64,000 nt of DNA from Candidatus Poribacteria bacterium (lineage in GTDB: Bacteria; Poribacteria; WGA-4E; WGA-3G): positions 4,640,001 through 4,704,000 of the forward strand of contig OZ244048.1 of the NCBI GenBank assembly GCA_965215265.1, written 5' to 3'. A program made the position numbers and the translations under genes. Positions 62,654 through 64,000 of the stretch are shown here, piece by piece (position 1 is the stretch's first letter; each line of letters opens with the position of its first letter). The notes beneath the pieces are model-generated. The model was not told where the DNA came from and did no database searches. It saw nothing but the letters and a program-made list of their open reading frames with translations.

Positions 62654-63640
62654 TTATTCATACCGAATTCTCGGATCAACCCACGCAAGTGCTATGTCTG
62701 CTAACAGGTTACCGATAACTAAAAGGAGACTGAGCATCATCAACAAAGTGCCGGCGAGATAGATATCCTCATTCAGAAGGCTCCGTAAAAGAATAGGGCC
62801 GACTGTCGGTAAACCTAGCACGATGGAGACGATAGCCGAGCCAGAGAGGATGCCGGGCAAGCTCATTCCTAAGATGCTGATGAGGGGGTTAATCGCGATA
62901 CGGACGGCGTGCTTTCCAACGACAACCACCTCTCTAAGCCCTTTTGCACGTGCTGTTTGCACGAAGGGTTGTCCGAGCACGTCTAGCAGATTGCCGCGCA
63001 TAATCCGCATCAAGCTAGCAGTCCCGTTGACACCCACAACAATCACCGGAATCCAGAGATGTTTGAGAAGATCCGTCAGTTTTCCCCATGTCCACGGCGC
63101 GCCTTCGTAGTAAGCCGAAAAAAGCCCAAATAGCGGCACGCCGAAAATATCAAACATGAAAACCATTAGCGATAAGGCGACGAGAAATGCAGGTAACGAC
63201 ATGCCGACGAAGCTCAGGAAGGTGAGAAAATGATCTGACCATTTATACTGATGCGTTGCAGAATAGATGCCGAGCGGGATGGCGACAACATAGGTGAAGA
63301 TTAGCGAGCCGGTCGAGATGAGGAGCGTGAACGCAATTCTATCCCAGATAAGTTCGTGCACCTCACGTTTGTACTCAAAAGACTCCCCAAAGTTCCCACG
63401 AACGAAGCCGCTCATCCAGATAAGATAACGTTTCCACAGAGGTTCGTTTAGTCCGTAACGTTGTCGCAATTCCTCAACTTGTGTTAATGAGCTGCTATCC
63501 CCAAATTCTTCTTCTAATCGTTGAATCTCCCGGTCAAGGTAATCGCCTTGCGGGAGTTGGATAATGATGAAAGAGATAATAGAAATCGCCAGCAGTGTCG
63601 GTATGGCAAGCAGACAGCGCCGCAGTATGTATGTGCCCAT
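62654..63640 (-). CDS. Peptide/nickel ABC permease (DppB/OppB-like)
   Basis: 'GNFGES', 'TARAKGL', 'DPRIR'. Confidence 0.92.
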   Translation of the reverse strand: MGTYILRRCLLAIPTLLAISIISFIIIQLPQGDYLDREIQRLEEEFGDSSSLTQVEELRQRYGLNEPLWKRYLIWMSGFVRGNFGESFEYKREVHELIWDRIAFTLLISTGSLIFTYVVAIPLGIYSATHQYKWSDHFLTFLSFVGMSLPAFLVALSLMVFMFDIFGVPLFGLFSAYYEGAPWTWGKLTDLLKHLWIPVIVVGVNGTASLMRIMRGNLLDVLGQPFVQTARAKGLREVVVVGKHAVRIAINPLISILGMSLPGILSGSAIVSIVLGLPTVGPILLRSLLNEDIYLAGTLLMMLSLLLVIGNLLADIALAWVDPRIRYE

Positions 63641-63712
63641 AATTAAAGTGTAAGGTTCTCGGATAGCTCACAGATGCCCAAGAAGATACGTTTGAGCTGC
63701 TTTCTTAAGAAT

Positions 63713-64000
63713 CTAGTGTTTTTCCACATCTATCCAGCACTGTTCGGGGTAGCTCGTTGCGGGTGTCACAATCGCCCAGGGTCCTAAAATACCGTCATTT
63801 GGGACATTGTGAAAATGGTTCGCGACAACAAGCAGTGACGGTGAACGTGCCGCCGATCCGAGGTGAAACGGGCCTTCGTCAATGTGAATCTGGACAGCGT
63901 CTCGGACATATTGATGTCGTCGCTTTTCATCGGGTTCGCGTTTAATCGCGTCGTATAAATCGAGCAGACGCTTGAGGGGGCCCGTGGGCGGCTCGCCTTT
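63713..64000 (-). CDS. C-terminus of an ABC substrate-binding protein (family 5), truncated by window edge
   Basis: Open minus frame KGEPPTGPLKRLLDLY...FHNVP...ATSYPEQCWIDVEKH*, upstream of dppB/dppC-like genes. Confidence 0.75.
   Translation of the reverse strand, partial: KGEPPTGPLKRLLDLYDAIKREPDEKRRHQYVRDAVQIHIDEGPFHLGSAARSPSLLVVANHFHNVPNDGILGPWAIVTPATSYPEQCWIDVEKH

Noticed and set aside
389-63945. Numerous short antisense or overlapping ORFs in the six-frame track
   Set aside because: They are shadows of well-supported genes, with no motifs or ribosome-binding sites.

Overview
Bacterial chromosomal window that looks like Candidatus Poribacteria. This is an inference from the dockerin + 'LLPNYPNPFNPETWIPY' secreted protein and the abundance of sulfatase, Gfo/Idh/MocA, enolase-superfamily and peptide-ABC genes. 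Core content: an MntR/DtxR-controlled Mn/Fe operon (mntR, VIT1/ferritin-like exporter, TroABCD-type ABC importer), glmM, yvcK, glnS-gltX, rsmI and many sugar/acid catabolic genes. Accessory or unusual content: (1) a Type III restriction-modification locus with a ParA-like ATPase and a frameshifted HEPN (RxxxxH) gene nested between res and mod, plus a C11 tract and an AT-rich specificity segment in mod; (2) a DegT-family aminotransferase pseudogene split at a duplicated TA by a 2.7-kb unit bounded by two IS630-derived MITEs; (3) two families of dispersed intergenic repeats (~89 bp and ~60-75 bp palindromic); (4) a ~240-nt candidate structured ncRNA at 6241-6480 and a structured leader before glnS; (5) a half-length Nma111/DEG7-like protease. 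No rRNA, tRNA or CRISPR array was recognised. All product calls are from motif recognition by eye, not from database searches.
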